32,258 bases of DNA, from sequence record SRR16203515_1898. One strand, 5' to 3'. The translations under genes were made by a program, and so were the position numbers. The notes beneath the pieces were generated by a model. The model saw only the letters and a program-made list of their open reading frames with translations. It did not search any database and was not told the DNA's origin. The first letter of the stretch is position 1, and each line of letters opens with the position of its first letter. Below, one piece after another: positions 18,104 through 27,175 of the stretch.

Positions 18104-21100
18104 ATGACCAGCCAAAATCAGCCCGCTAACACGACTCAAGTGCAAACTGCCGATCCGCTTTTTCTAAAAGCAGAGCAGCTAGCTAAAGACTTTTCCTTGT
18201 TCCCTGAACACAGTAAGCAGTCGCTTTCTGACGAAGTTAAAGGTCTTTTAGACGACGACGCGATTCAAGCCAACCTTAAAGATTTGGCCCAATTAGACGT
18301 CGATGGTTACGTCACTAAGGTTATTCAACCTACTCAAGATAAAAACCGCCCTGGTGCTAAGCGCATCATTGCGGATCTTAAAGGTAAGCTCATTACCGAA
18401 ACTCATATTGGCCCTTTTTATAGTGCAGAGATCGAACTGAATTTTGGTTCTCGTACTCGCCGTATCGGTTTTGTAGCGCAAGAGCGTACAACTTCAAATG
18501 GCGCTTGGATGCCTGAGCACCATATCGCTTGCTGTAAGGCGATTCGTCATTTTGCTGAATTGTCTATGCCAATTGTTTACCTTATCGACACCCCTGGTGC
18601 TGATGCAGGTGAAGTGGCTAACAGCCAAAACCAAGCACACTCAATTTCTAAAGCGATTGCTGAGAGCGCAAACGTTGACGTACCGACTGTCGGTATCGTT
18701 ATCGGTGCGGGTTACTCTGGCGGTGCGATTCCACTAGCTGCAGCAAACATTTTGCTATCGCTACGTGACGGTATTTTTAACACCATTCAGCCTCAAGGTT
18801 TGCAAAGCATTGCGCGCAAATACAACCTATCTTGGCAAGAATGTGCTAAATCAGTGGGTGTTTCGCCTGAAGAGCTATACACCTCTGGTTGTATTGACGG
18901 TATTGTTGATTTCTCGCCATCAGATAAAGATGAGCGTCAGCACAACCTACGTCGTGCAATCATTAGCAGCATTGAAGCTGTAGAAAAAGCGGCGGTTAAC
19001 TTTGTACGCGAATCAGAAGACTTACGCGAGCATTACGATCGCAGTTTAACGCGTTTCCTTAGCCCATCTAAGAACCTTGAAGCGCTAGAGCTAAATGCAG
19101 AGCTTGCGGTTGCTAACAACCCAACCATGCATTTAAACCTATTTGGTAGCACATACCGTTACCTACGTTACCTAACCCTACGTAGCCGCATCCATTCAAT
19201 CTCGCAAGAGCAGTATGGTCGTCTATCTAAGGTGAGCGTACCAGAAGGTGATTTGCTAGCGCGTATTCAGCAAGAGCAAGATCGCGTATTCCAGTCTTGG
19301 TTATCAAGCCCTGATAAACTGGTTTACGACGAAGAGCTAAACAAGCTTTGGGGTAACTTCATCGCTAAGCGTGATGACGTATCTACTGAGCGTAATATGC
19401 TGACTCGTTTGATTTTGGGTGAACCAAAAGAGAACTACAAAAAAGCTCGTAAGGCGCTTATCTTTAACATCAGCTGGTCTCTATACCACCGCTGGAAAGG
19501 TAACGCAGAAAACAACTTTAAGGGCCTTATCAACTACCTAGAGACGCTTCCATCAGAAGTGACTCAAGCTGATTGGCCTGAGCTAAACAAGCTGACGGTA
19601 CTTGACGTGATCATTCACGACGAGCTACGTGAAGACTTTATTTGGCAGTGTCATAACATTCTTGTATTCAACGCACTTTACGACAACGTAGTAGGCAATT
19701 TAGCATCTATCGCTAAAGAAGCCATGATGTCTAAGAGCTTGTCACGTAACTCAGTTGATAACCTGTTGCATGAGTCGATTGACCGTGCTTTATCAACCCA
19801 AAACGTTGCTAACGACAAGAGCAAGTTCTACAAGTGGCTGAAGTACTTTATGACTCAGTCAAACCGTGCAGAATTATTGACTCGTACAGAGCAGTGGAAG
19901 AGTGTTGGTTTCCCACAGCTGAACGACAGTCTATTCGTTATTCTAACTTACTTCTTCGAACGTCTACTGCCAGAGTATTTCGACAGCGAAGAAGAAAGCA
20001 GTGAATACACGGGTGCAATTAACCCTGTGCGTATCGGTCGTCGTAAAGACTTCTGGAACCGTTTAACTATGGGTTACCAAGATTTGCTAATCCAAAAGGT
20101 TCTGCGCGATGAAAAGCGTGCGGGCAAAATGGGTTGGGATGCAATTGTTGCTAAGTTCTTCACTGAGTTTGAAGAAATCAATGGCGATAAGATCTCTGCT
20201 AACTTGCTTAACTTCCCTGGTTTCCGTCTATCTATTGAAGATGCGCTAGACAAAGGCATTCGCCCATGTGGTTTAATCACAGGTCTTGCTGATTTTGACC
20301 ATAACGGTCAACCAATGCGCGTCGGTGTAGCGGTATCAAACACAGCATTCCAAGCGGGTGCATTTGATATGGCTGCTGCAGAGAAGTTCAGCGCGCTGTT
20401 AATCGAGTGTGCTAAGCGTAAGCTGCCAGTAATTTGTTTCATCAGCTCTGGTGGTATGCAGACTAAAGAAGGTGCAGCAGCACTATTCTCAATGGCTGTT
20501 GTCAATGACCGTATTACTCGTTTTATTCGTGATAACGAGTTGCCAGTATTGATGTTTGGTTATGGTGACTGCACTGGTGGTGCACAGGCGAGTTTTGTGA
20601 CTCACCCATTAGTGCAAACTTACTACCTATCAGGCACAAACATGCCATTTGCTGGCCAAATGGTTGTACCTGCATACCTACCATCAACTTCAACGCTATC
20701 TAACTATTTGTCGAAAGTACCGGGTGCGATGGATGCATTGGTGACTAACCCGTTTAGCGACACAATTGACGCTCAGCTACAAAGCATTGATCCATTAATG
20801 CCTAAGCCAACAGCTAAGATTGTTGATGTGATTAGCAATGCGGTTTCTACTTTAGTGCCAGAAAGACTAGTCGCTGAAGAAGAGATTGTTCAAGACGATC
20901 CACGTCAGCTAATGAAGCCGATTGAAAAAGTATTGGTACACGCTCGTGGTTGTACTGCGGTTAAGCTTATCCGTAAAGCGCACGACAACAACATCAATGT
21001 GGTATTAGTTGCATCAGATCCTGATATGACTTCGGTACCAGCAGACATGCTTAAAGGCGACGATAAGCTAGTTTGTATCGGTGGTAACACTTCTGATGAA

Positions 21101-22660
21101 AGTTACCTAAACGCATACTCAGTACTAAAAGTTGCTGAATATGAAAACGTTGATGCCCTGCACCCTGGTATTGGTTTCTTATCTGAAAGCCCACAGTTTG
21201 CCGCACTTTGTGTAAACAATGGCGTTAACTTTGTTGGCCCAAGCGTGCACAGCATGACAACTATGGGTAACAAGTCGAACGCGATTAAGACTTCTCAAGC
21301 GCAAAATGTACCGGTAGTTCCAGGTAGCCACGGTATCTTGAATAACGCAGAGCAAGCGGTAAACGTTGCGAGCGAAATTGGCTATCCAGTATTGCTTAAA
21401 GCAGTACAAGGTGGTGGCGGTAAAGGTATTCAGGTTGTTGAACGCCCAGGCGACATGATCTCCTTGTTCCAAAAGACGTCTACCGAAGCGGCAGCAGCAT
21501 TTGGTAACGGTGACTTGTACCTAGAGAAGTATGTTACTTCACTACGTCACATCGAAGTTCAGTTGCTGCGTGACCAGTTTGGTAACACCAAAGTACTGGG
21601 TCTACGTGATTGTTCTGTACAGCGTAACAACCAAAAAGTGGTTGAAGAGTCTGGTTCAACTATGTTGCTAGATGAACTTAAGCAACGCGTGATGGAATAC
21701 ACTCGTGCACTAGGTGACGCGACTGACTACATGGGCGCAGGTACGGTTGAATTTATCTACAACTTAGACGCTAACGAAGTCTACTTTATGGAGATGAATA
21801 CTCGTCTACAGGTAGAGCATCCAGTAACTGAGGCTACTTCAGGTATTGATATCGTAAGCGCAGGTTTTGATATTGCAGCTGGTCGCTCGATTGCAGAGCT
21901 TGAGCCGCAAGAAATTGGCTACGCGATGGAAGTACGTGTAACTGCTGAGAAAGCGGCGCTTGATAGCAATGGCGTTCTACAGCTATTACCACACCCAGGT
22001 TTGATTACTGAATACCAAATGCCAGAGCGTGATGACATTGAAATCATCTCTATTGCGGGTGAAGGTAAAGAAGTATCACCATACTACGATAGCTTAATTG
22101 CACAGATCATTTGCCGCGGTGAAAGCCGTGAAGACGTAATCACTAAGCTACATGATTACCTAGCAAATCAAGTTGTGATTAAAGGCATTGCGACTAACAT
22201 TCCATTGTTAACGCGCATTCTTAAAGATGGCACGTTCAACGAAGGTGTTTACGACACTAACTACCTACCGCGCTTTATGGCAGAGCTAGATGTACCAGAG
22301 CTAATTGCTGAAATGGAAGCGGCGGCTGAAACTGTAGGTGTTGACACTGCATCACTGCGCGTTGGTGAAAGTAACGAGCTTAAAGTTATGGCACAGGGTG
22401 CGGGTATCTTCTATACCTCTCCAGCGCCTGGTGAAGCTGACTTCGTTAAAGAAGGTGACATTGTTACTGTAGATCAGACTTTAGCGCTTACAGAAGCGAT
22501 GAAGATGTTCTCGCAAGTAACCCTTGCCGGCTTTAACCGTAAGAATGCGGTACTTTACCCTGAAGATCAGCAGTATCGTATTGAGCGTATTCTTAATAGT
22601 AACGGCCAGCAAGTATCACAAGGTGAACTACTATTTGTAGTATCACCAGTGACTAAGTAA
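18104..22660 (+). CDS. Single-chain biotin-dependent acyl-CoA carboxylase (AccA-like CT, helical insert, AccD-like CT, biotin carboxylase, BCCP); probable acetyl-CoA carboxylase
   Basis: LIDTPGA and GYSGGA (CT alpha); SSGGMQTKEG and CTGGAQAS (CT beta); HPGIGFLSE, GGGGKG, RDCSVQR, EMNTRLQVEH, YYDS (BC); EAMKM biotinylation site; GAGGA RBS. Confidence 0.92.
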   Translation: MTSQNQPANTTQVQTADPLFLKAEQLAKDFSLFPEHSKQSLSDEVKGLLDDDAIQANLKDLAQLDVDGYVTKVIQPTQDKNRPGAKRIIADLKGKLITETHIGPFYSAEIELNFGSRTRRIGFVAQERTTSNGAWMPEHHIACCKAIRHFAELSMPIVYLIDTPGADAGEVANSQNQAHSISKAIAESANVDVPTVGIVIGAGYSGGAIPLAAANILLSLRDGIFNTIQPQGLQSIARKYNLSWQECAKSVGVSPEELYTSGCIDGIVDFSPSDKDERQHNLRRAIISSIEAVEKAAVNFVRESEDLREHYDRSLTRFLSPSKNLEALELNAELAVANNPTMHLNLFGSTYRYLRYLTLRSRIHSISQEQYGRLSKVSVPEGDLLARIQQEQDRVFQSWLSSPDKLVYDEELNKLWGNFIAKRDDVSTERNMLTRLILGEPKENYKKARKALIFNISWSLYHRWKGNAENNFKGLINYLETLPSEVTQADWPELNKLTVLDVIIHDELREDFIWQCHNILVFNALYDNVVGNLASIAKEAMMSKSLSRNSVDNLLHESIDRALSTQNVANDKSKFYKWLKYFMTQSNRAELLTRTEQWKSVGFPQLNDSLFVILTYFFERLLPEYFDSEEESSEYTGAINPVRIGRRKDFWNRLTMGYQDLLIQKVLRDEKRAGKMGWDAIVAKFFTEFEEINGDKISANLLNFPGFRLSIEDALDKGIRPCGLITGLADFDHNGQPMRVGVAVSNTAFQAGAFDMAAAEKFSALLIECAKRKLPVICFISSGGMQTKEGAAALFSMAVVNDRITRFIRDNELPVLMFGYGDCTGGAQASFVTHPLVQTYYLSGTNMPFAGQMVVPAYLPSTSTLSNYLSKVPGAMDALVTNPFSDTIDAQLQSIDPLMPKPTAKIVDVISNAVSTLVPERLVAEEEIVQDDPRQLMKPIEKVLVHARGCTAVKLIRKAHDNNINVVLVASDPDMTSVPADMLKGDDKLVCIGGNTSDESYLNAYSVLKVAEYENVDALHPGIGFLSESPQFAALCVNNGVNFVGPSVHSMTTMGNKSNAIKTSQAQNVPVVPGSHGILNNAEQAVNVASEIGYPVLLKAVQGGGGKGIQVVERPGDMISLFQKTSTEAAAAFGNGDLYLEKYVTSLRHIEVQLLRDQFGNTKVLGLRDCSVQRNNQKVVEESGSTMLLDELKQRVMEYTRALGDATDYMGAGTVEFIYNLDANEVYFMEMNTRLQVEHPVTEATSGIDIVSAGFDIAAGRSIAELEPQEIGYAMEVRVTAEKAALDSNGVLQLLPHPGLITEYQMPERDDIEIISIAGEGKEVSPYYDSLIAQIICRGESREDVITKLHDYLANQVVIKGIATNIPLLTRILKDGTFNEGVYDTNYLPRFMAELDVPELIAEMEAAAETVGVDTASLRVGESNELKVMAQGAGIFYTSPAPGEADFVKEGDIVTVDQTLALTEAMKMFSQVTLAGFNRKNAVLYPEDQQYRIERILNSNGQQVSQGELLFVVSPVTK

Positions 22661-22665
22661 AGGCT

Positions 22666-22699
22666 GTAAAGCTGAGCAATTAAAGTTGCTCAGCTTTAC
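22666..22699 (+). other. Long stem-loop immediately after the carboxylase stop codon
   Basis: GTAAAGCTGAGCAAT-taaa-GTTGCTCAGCTTTAC. Confidence 0.7.
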
Positions 22700-22708
22700 T
22701 GAACAAAT

Positions 22709-22742
22709 AAAAAGCCCGCTAATTTGATTAGCGGGCTTTTTT
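22709..22742. terminator. Bidirectional intrinsic terminator
   Basis: AAAAAGCCCGCTAAT-ttg-ATTAGCGGGCTTTTTT. Confidence 0.9.
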
Positions 22743-22774
22743 GTATTTAGTTAATTGGTGTTAGTTGATTGGTA

Positions 22775-22981
22775 TTAGTTATTTGGGTACTTAGGTCGCT
22801 TTTTAGCTTGATGTTTAGCTATTACGCGTTGGCATTTACCGCGTATGCTGGCAAACAGGTCGCTATGAGTGGTCGATTGAGACACTTGGGAATAGACCTT
22901 AAATTTATTCGGCCCGTGACGACGGCTAATATTAAACTGCGGATATAAGCTTTGTAGGTGCAGAGCAATATTTAATGGCAT
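22775..22981 (-). CDS. Possible small basic hypothetical protein (68 aa from ATG 22981; 74 aa from the track start at 22999)
   Basis: Non-overlapping ORF in an intergenic gap that ends just before the bidirectional terminator; no clear RBS and no recognised family. Confidence 0.3.
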   Translation of the reverse strand: MPLNIALHLQSLYPQFNISRRHGPNKFKVYSQVSQSTTHSDLFASIRGKCQRVIAKHQAKKRPKYPNN

Positions 22982-23146
22982 ATTTAAATCTGCAATCAAC
23001 TTAATTTAATTGTAGTTTATCTTATAAAGGCGGCCATTAAGTTATTTTTGCGCAAATGAGAGTTAATTCAGACGTCAGCTAATATTCAAATGTTAATCAA
23101 TAGTTGTTAATCTTTGTATTGATTATACGGGCATGGAAAGTAACTG

Positions 23147-24148
23147 GTGGAAATCAAACAAAAGTGTTCACTGTTTCAGGCTGAGATAGATAAACAACTT
23201 GCTGAGCTAAAAGCACAGAACCTCATTTTGCAGCGAGATAATCAGCGACTTAGGCAGCAAAATAGCTTGTTAGAACAGAAGCTCAATGTTGCACTTGATG
23301 GTACGGGGCTGTGTGTTTGGGAGCAGCATATCCCTAGTGGAAACCTGACTATGTACAACATGGAGTGGGGCTCACTTTTAGGCTACACCATAGATGAACT
23401 TGCTGCGCACATAGATAGCTGGAAAGGCAATTTGCATCCAGATGATCGCGATTGGGTAATTGCCAATTTTGACGATCATATCAGTGGTAAAACTGATTCC
23501 TACGATGTTACTCATAGAATGCTGCATAAAGATGGCTCAGTTAGCTGGGTGTCGGATAGAGGTCGAGTCATAGAGTTTGATGATAATGGTAAGCCATTAA
23601 GAATAATGGGAACCCATATCGATATCACCAAAGAGAAGCGTTATGAACTAGAGCTAGATAAGCTGGCGCATAGAGATCCCTTAACGGATTTACTCAATCG
23701 AAAGGCATTACTAAAAGCCTTTGAGCGTCAACGTAATAGTATTGGCTGCGGCGCTCTCATGTTTATTGATTTAGACGATTTTAAATCTCATAACGATCGC
23801 TATGGGCATAAGTTTGGCGACTGTTTGTTGATGCAAATAGCCAGCACGCTGCAACACATAATCGAAGAGTCGAACAATATTGCTCGTCTTGGAGGCGATG
23901 AGTTTGTGATTTTATTTGAGTCGTTGCAGCAGGTTGAACTAGCAAGTATTGCTGATAGAGTTCTAACAGCTTTTGCGGCTATCACCCATGTAGAGGGACG
24001 AAAAGTTAATATTGGTATGAGTATTGGGATCTGCGCATTTACTGATCAAAGTTTTACTCAAGTCTATGAGCAAGCAGACCAAGCTATGTATAAGGTTAAG
24101 CGTCAAGGCAAAAATGCCTATCACTTCTATTCAGATCCTCTTGTATAG
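23147..24148 (+). CDS. Cytoplasmic PAS-GGDEF diguanylate cyclase
   Basis: N-terminal coiled coil, PAS/PAC (LHPDD, HKDGSVSWVSDRG, GTHIDIT), DPLTDLLNR, FIDLDDFK, ARLGGDEF. Confidence 0.92.
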   Translation: MEIKQKCSLFQAEIDKQLAELKAQNLILQRDNQRLRQQNSLLEQKLNVALDGTGLCVWEQHIPSGNLTMYNMEWGSLLGYTIDELAAHIDSWKGNLHPDDRDWVIANFDDHISGKTDSYDVTHRMLHKDGSVSWVSDRGRVIEFDDNGKPLRIMGTHIDITKEKRYELELDKLAHRDPLTDLLNRKALLKAFERQRNSIGCGALMFIDLDDFKSHNDRYGHKFGDCLLMQIASTLQHIIEESNNIARLGGDEFVILFESLQQVELASIADRVLTAFAAITHVEGRKVNIGMSIGICAFTDQSFTQVYEQADQAMYKVKRQGKNAYHFYSDPLV

Positions 24149-24228
24149 TATAGTTTTTAATTAGCTCTCCAGCAAAACGCGATGTCACTAGTTGCCTGCA
24201 TTCACTTCAAGCAAAATCTTAGTTTAGG

Positions 24229-25122
24229 CTAAATTGTTGTCGGGTTTAATTCTTGGCTTAATTTAATAAAGCTGTCAGCAGCAGGCGTTAACGGTAAATT
24301 CTTACGCCAAATTAATGCAAGATCCCATGTGAGCGCTGGTGCTAGTGCACGATAAGTTAAATTCGGCGAATTAATTTTATTGCAAATAGGTTCTGGCAAT
24401 ATCGCGAGCCCCATTTGTGCGTCTACCATAGTAGCAATAAAGTCCCATTGGCCACTTTGTGCTGTAATGTTTAATTCAATATTGGCTTTATGGGTTAGTC
24501 TGCGGATCAGTTTAGCGAGAGAAAAGTCATCGTTGTAAAGTATAAACGGGTATTGAGCGAGATCAGTCCAAGAGATGCTGCTGTTTAGTGCGAGTTTATG
24601 CGCTTTAGGTAAGCAGGCTAATAGTGGGTAACCTTGTAAGTTATGACTACAAAAGTCTTGCGTATGAGTGGTTGGTAGCGCGGTAAAGGTCAAATCAAGG
24701 GTATCGTTAAGTAGAGCTTGTTCAGCGGCATACCCACCAAGTTCAACAATAGTTACATCGATTTTAGGAAAGCGTCGACGATACTCTGACAGTAGTTCAA
24801 TAATCATTTCGCCCATCATGGGACAGACGCCTAAACGTAACTGCCCAGTTTGAAGTCCATTTAAATTATCCATCTCCTCTTGTAGCCGATGCCATTGCCC
24901 GACAATTTGCTTTGCACTAATTGCTAGCAATTGCCCCGCTTCAGTGGCGAGCACTTTTTGATTATTACGAATAAGTAAAGGCTGCTCAAGATGCTCTTCA
25001 AGCCGCTGGATAATTTTAGTTAAAGTGGGTTGAGTTAAATGCAGTTTTTCTGCCGCGCGGGTGTAGTTGCCAACCTCAACTAAGGTAAGGAAACAATATA
25101 AGTTTTTGATTTGAATATCCAT
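24229..25122 (-). CDS. LysR family transcriptional regulator (CidR-like)
   Basis: HTH NYTRAAEKLHLTQPTLTKIIQRLE; SGQWDF motif in the effector domain. Confidence 0.9.
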   Translation of the reverse strand: MDIQIKNLYCFLTLVEVGNYTRAAEKLHLTQPTLTKIIQRLEEHLEQPLLIRNNQKVLATEAGQLLAISAKQIVGQWHRLQEEMDNLNGLQTGQLRLGVCPMMGEMIIELLSEYRRRFPKIDVTIVELGGYAAEQALLNDTLDLTFTALPTTHTQDFCSHNLQGYPLLACLPKAHKLALNSSISWTDLAQYPFILYNDDFSLAKLIRRLTHKANIELNITAQSGQWDFIATMVDAQMGLAILPEPICNKINSPNLTYRALAPALTWDLALIWRKNLPLTPAADSFIKLSQELNPTTI

Positions 25123-25166
25123 GCCAAAATTGAATCCATTTGATGCTAACTATTCATTTTACTAAT
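25121..25166. promoter_or_regulatory. Tandem LysR T-N11-A boxes in the divergent promoter
   Basis: ATGC-CAAAATT-GAAT (25121-35, overlapping the lysR start codon), ATGC-TAACTAT-TCAT (25143-57), ATTC-ATTTTAC-TAAT (25152-66). Confidence 0.55.
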
Positions 25167-25250
25167 AACTAAGAGGTGGTTACTTTAGCAGCAATTAAGT
25201 CAGTTTGTCGGTTTTTTTAACGTTCAGTGTATTGAGCGAAAGGAAAAGAA

Positions 25251-25391
25251 ATGAAGTCATATCAAGGTTTGTTTGCACAAGCCCTTTACCTAGCGGCAAA
25301 ACCGTTAGATAAAGAGCAGAAGCAAAAGCTAGCAGCTAAATCAATAAACAGCCAAAAGTCTGAGAAAAAGCGCCACTTTTTCTCTTTCTAA
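25251..25391 (+). CDS. Small 46-aa basic protein MKSYQGLFAQALYLAAKPLDKEQKQKLAAKSINSQKSEKKRHFFSF (not in the ORF track)
   Basis: AAGGA RBS about 6 nt before ATG; TAA at 25389-91; fills the gap divergent from lysR. Confidence 0.65.
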   Translation: MKSYQGLFAQALYLAAKPLDKEQKQKLAAKSINSQKSEKKRHFFSF

Positions 25392-25414
25392 GGTAGTAAA
25401 TGGCTTGGGCTGGC

Positions 25415-25630
25415 TTATTTCCAGCCCTGAAGCCAAACTTTGTAGTCTGTTAGCTCACGCCAATCAATTATTGACTCTTTGCGAGTAAGAACCGCTTCTA
25501 TCAAGCACAAGCTTACCTCACCATCCTCATCAAATTTCACCTTAGTGACTAAAAAGTGTTTCTGCTTATTTAAGGGCTCAACCGCGGTCCATTTGCTATT
25601 CAACAGCTTTTTTGGATTTATTCTATTCAT
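25415..25630 (-). CDS. Conserved Trp-rich small protein (TIGR02450-like), 71 aa
   Basis: MNRINPKKLLNSKWTAV..NKQKHF...EAV...IDWREL....WLQGWK; the family start matches ATG 25630, not the track start at 25666. Confidence 0.85.
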   Translation of the reverse strand: MNRINPKKLLNSKWTAVEPLNKQKHFLVTKVKFDEDGEVSLCLIEAVLTRKESIIDWRELTDYKVWLQGWK

Positions 25631-26108
25631 ATTGATTATTACGAATAACAATTGATGAAGGATCAATCAATAGATAATTAGTTATCTAAAACTAGAGGGT
25701 AGTTATCTTGAAATTGAATATGTATCAATAATTAGTTTTGTATAAATACCCTTTCTTATTTGTTGTTAATAATAGCCAGCCTCAGTTTATAGCGTCAGTA
25801 TTTTGTCTTTAGTTTTGTTTAGTTGAAAAAACGTTCTGTTAATCAGTAGTCTTTGGTTTTTTATTTAGAAGTTAATTTGTATGCTCGAGAATATAAAATC
25901 ATTATTAATGTTGACCGTGATTCTATATTATTAACTGCTTTTTTGTTTTTCCTTTATCTCTTTTGGTTAAAGGGATGTTCGTGTTGGTTTATTGTGTTGA
26001 GTTGAATTAATCGTTAAGTGTTTACCTCTGCATTTCAACCTTTCTATTTGTGTGACTTAGAACACTTTTTGTAATTGTTTTTATCAATCGAGTTTTAAAT
26101 GTCTGTTG

Positions 26109-26125
26109 TTGGCATGTTTTTGGCA
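26109..26125 (+). promoter_or_regulatory. Candidate sigma54 promoter upstream of the SPOR gene
   Basis: TTGGCAT-GTTTT-TGGCA, GG-N10-GC spacing; the -12 element is imperfect. Confidence 0.35.
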
Positions 26126-26245
26126 GGATGCTTAATTATTGGTTGGTTTAGCTTTAAACTAGTGTCAGTTTTTATATCATCTTAGGCATAGGTTTAATTT
26201 ATACTGTGCTAATGCATTTTTTTAATTAATGAAAGAGTTAATGAA

Positions 26246-26968
26246 GTGAGTCTTTTTACTAAATCATTAAAAATTAATTATAGCGATTTTTACTCACTTG
26301 TTGTCGCTACCGTGGTTTCGATTTGGTTATGTGCCTTTACTGCATCTAGCTATGCAGCTGAAACTAAAGATACTGAAGCAGGCCAGTTAGTGGCACTGAC
26401 TGCTGAGCTGTTGTATGTAAAACAAGAGCTTGAAGCTTGGAATAAGTTAAAGCCAGCGATAGAGCGATTGGTTGAGAATGAAGCGGATCTTGCTTTATTG
26501 ATATCCGAGCTGAGTAAAGTTGTCGAGATTCAGCAGCAACCGGTTAAGTTTGTCGTACCTAAAGAACCGCTAGCTAATAAAGGTTTTATTGAAGGATTTA
26601 TTTCTACTGAAACTATGAATAAAAAAAATACAATTAAACCTAAAGTCGTTAATAAAGTAGAAAGTGTTAAGAAAAGTAATTTGGTGACCGAAAGAAAAAA
26701 TGCTCCTAATGCTTATGGCGTTCACCTGTCTTCCTACTCTAAAAGTAATAACCTAAAGGCAGGTTGGCTTAGCTATAAAAAAAAGTTTCATGATTTATTG
26801 GTTGATGGTCAACCAATTAAAGCCGATTTTGTTAGTAAAGGTAAGAGTTTTTCTCGGTTGGTTTATGGGCCATTCTCGAGTAAAAAATCGGCATCATCAA
26901 TATGCCGTCTATTAAAAGTCGAAGGGCAGTACTGTGCCGTAGTTGAATATAAGGGGGAGAGAATATAA
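26246..26968 (+). CDS. Exported SPOR-domain protein with an N-terminal coiled coil
   Basis: Signal/anchor segment, coiled coil, Lys-rich linker, C-terminal YGVHLSSY...GW...SRLVYGPFSSKKSASSICRLLKVEGQYCAV (SPOR with a Cys pair); start codon uncertain. Confidence 0.8.
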   Translation: MSLFTKSLKINYSDFYSLVVATVVSIWLCAFTASSYAAETKDTEAGQLVALTAELLYVKQELEAWNKLKPAIERLVENEADLALLISELSKVVEIQQQPVKFVVPKEPLANKGFIEGFISTETMNKKNTIKPKVVNKVESVKKSNLVTERKNAPNAYGVHLSSYSKSNNLKAGWLSYKKKFHDLLVDGQPIKADFVSKGKSFSRLVYGPFSSKKSASSICRLLKVEGQYCAVVEYKGERI

Positions 26969-27016
26969 AGGATTTGCTGAAGTATTATGGAAAAATAACT
27001 TTGTTGTAAATTTAAT

Positions 27017-27043
27017 TAAAGTTAAATTTTATAATGCCGATTA
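27017..27043 (+). promoter_or_regulatory. Candidate sigma28 (FliA) promoter upstream of the major pilin-like gene
   Basis: TAAA-GTTAAATTTTATAAT(N15)-GCCGATTA versus consensus TAAA-N15-GCCGATAA. Confidence 0.65.
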
Positions 27044-27175
27044 GTTATCTAGCTTTATCTTTTCTATTTTTAGCCTGAGTTTAACTTGGTTTGTTGTCAC
27101 CTTTGGTTTTTATTTAGTCAAAGTGTGTCTTGGCGTTATTTATTAAATACAATAATGTGTAAAATGGAGTTTTAA

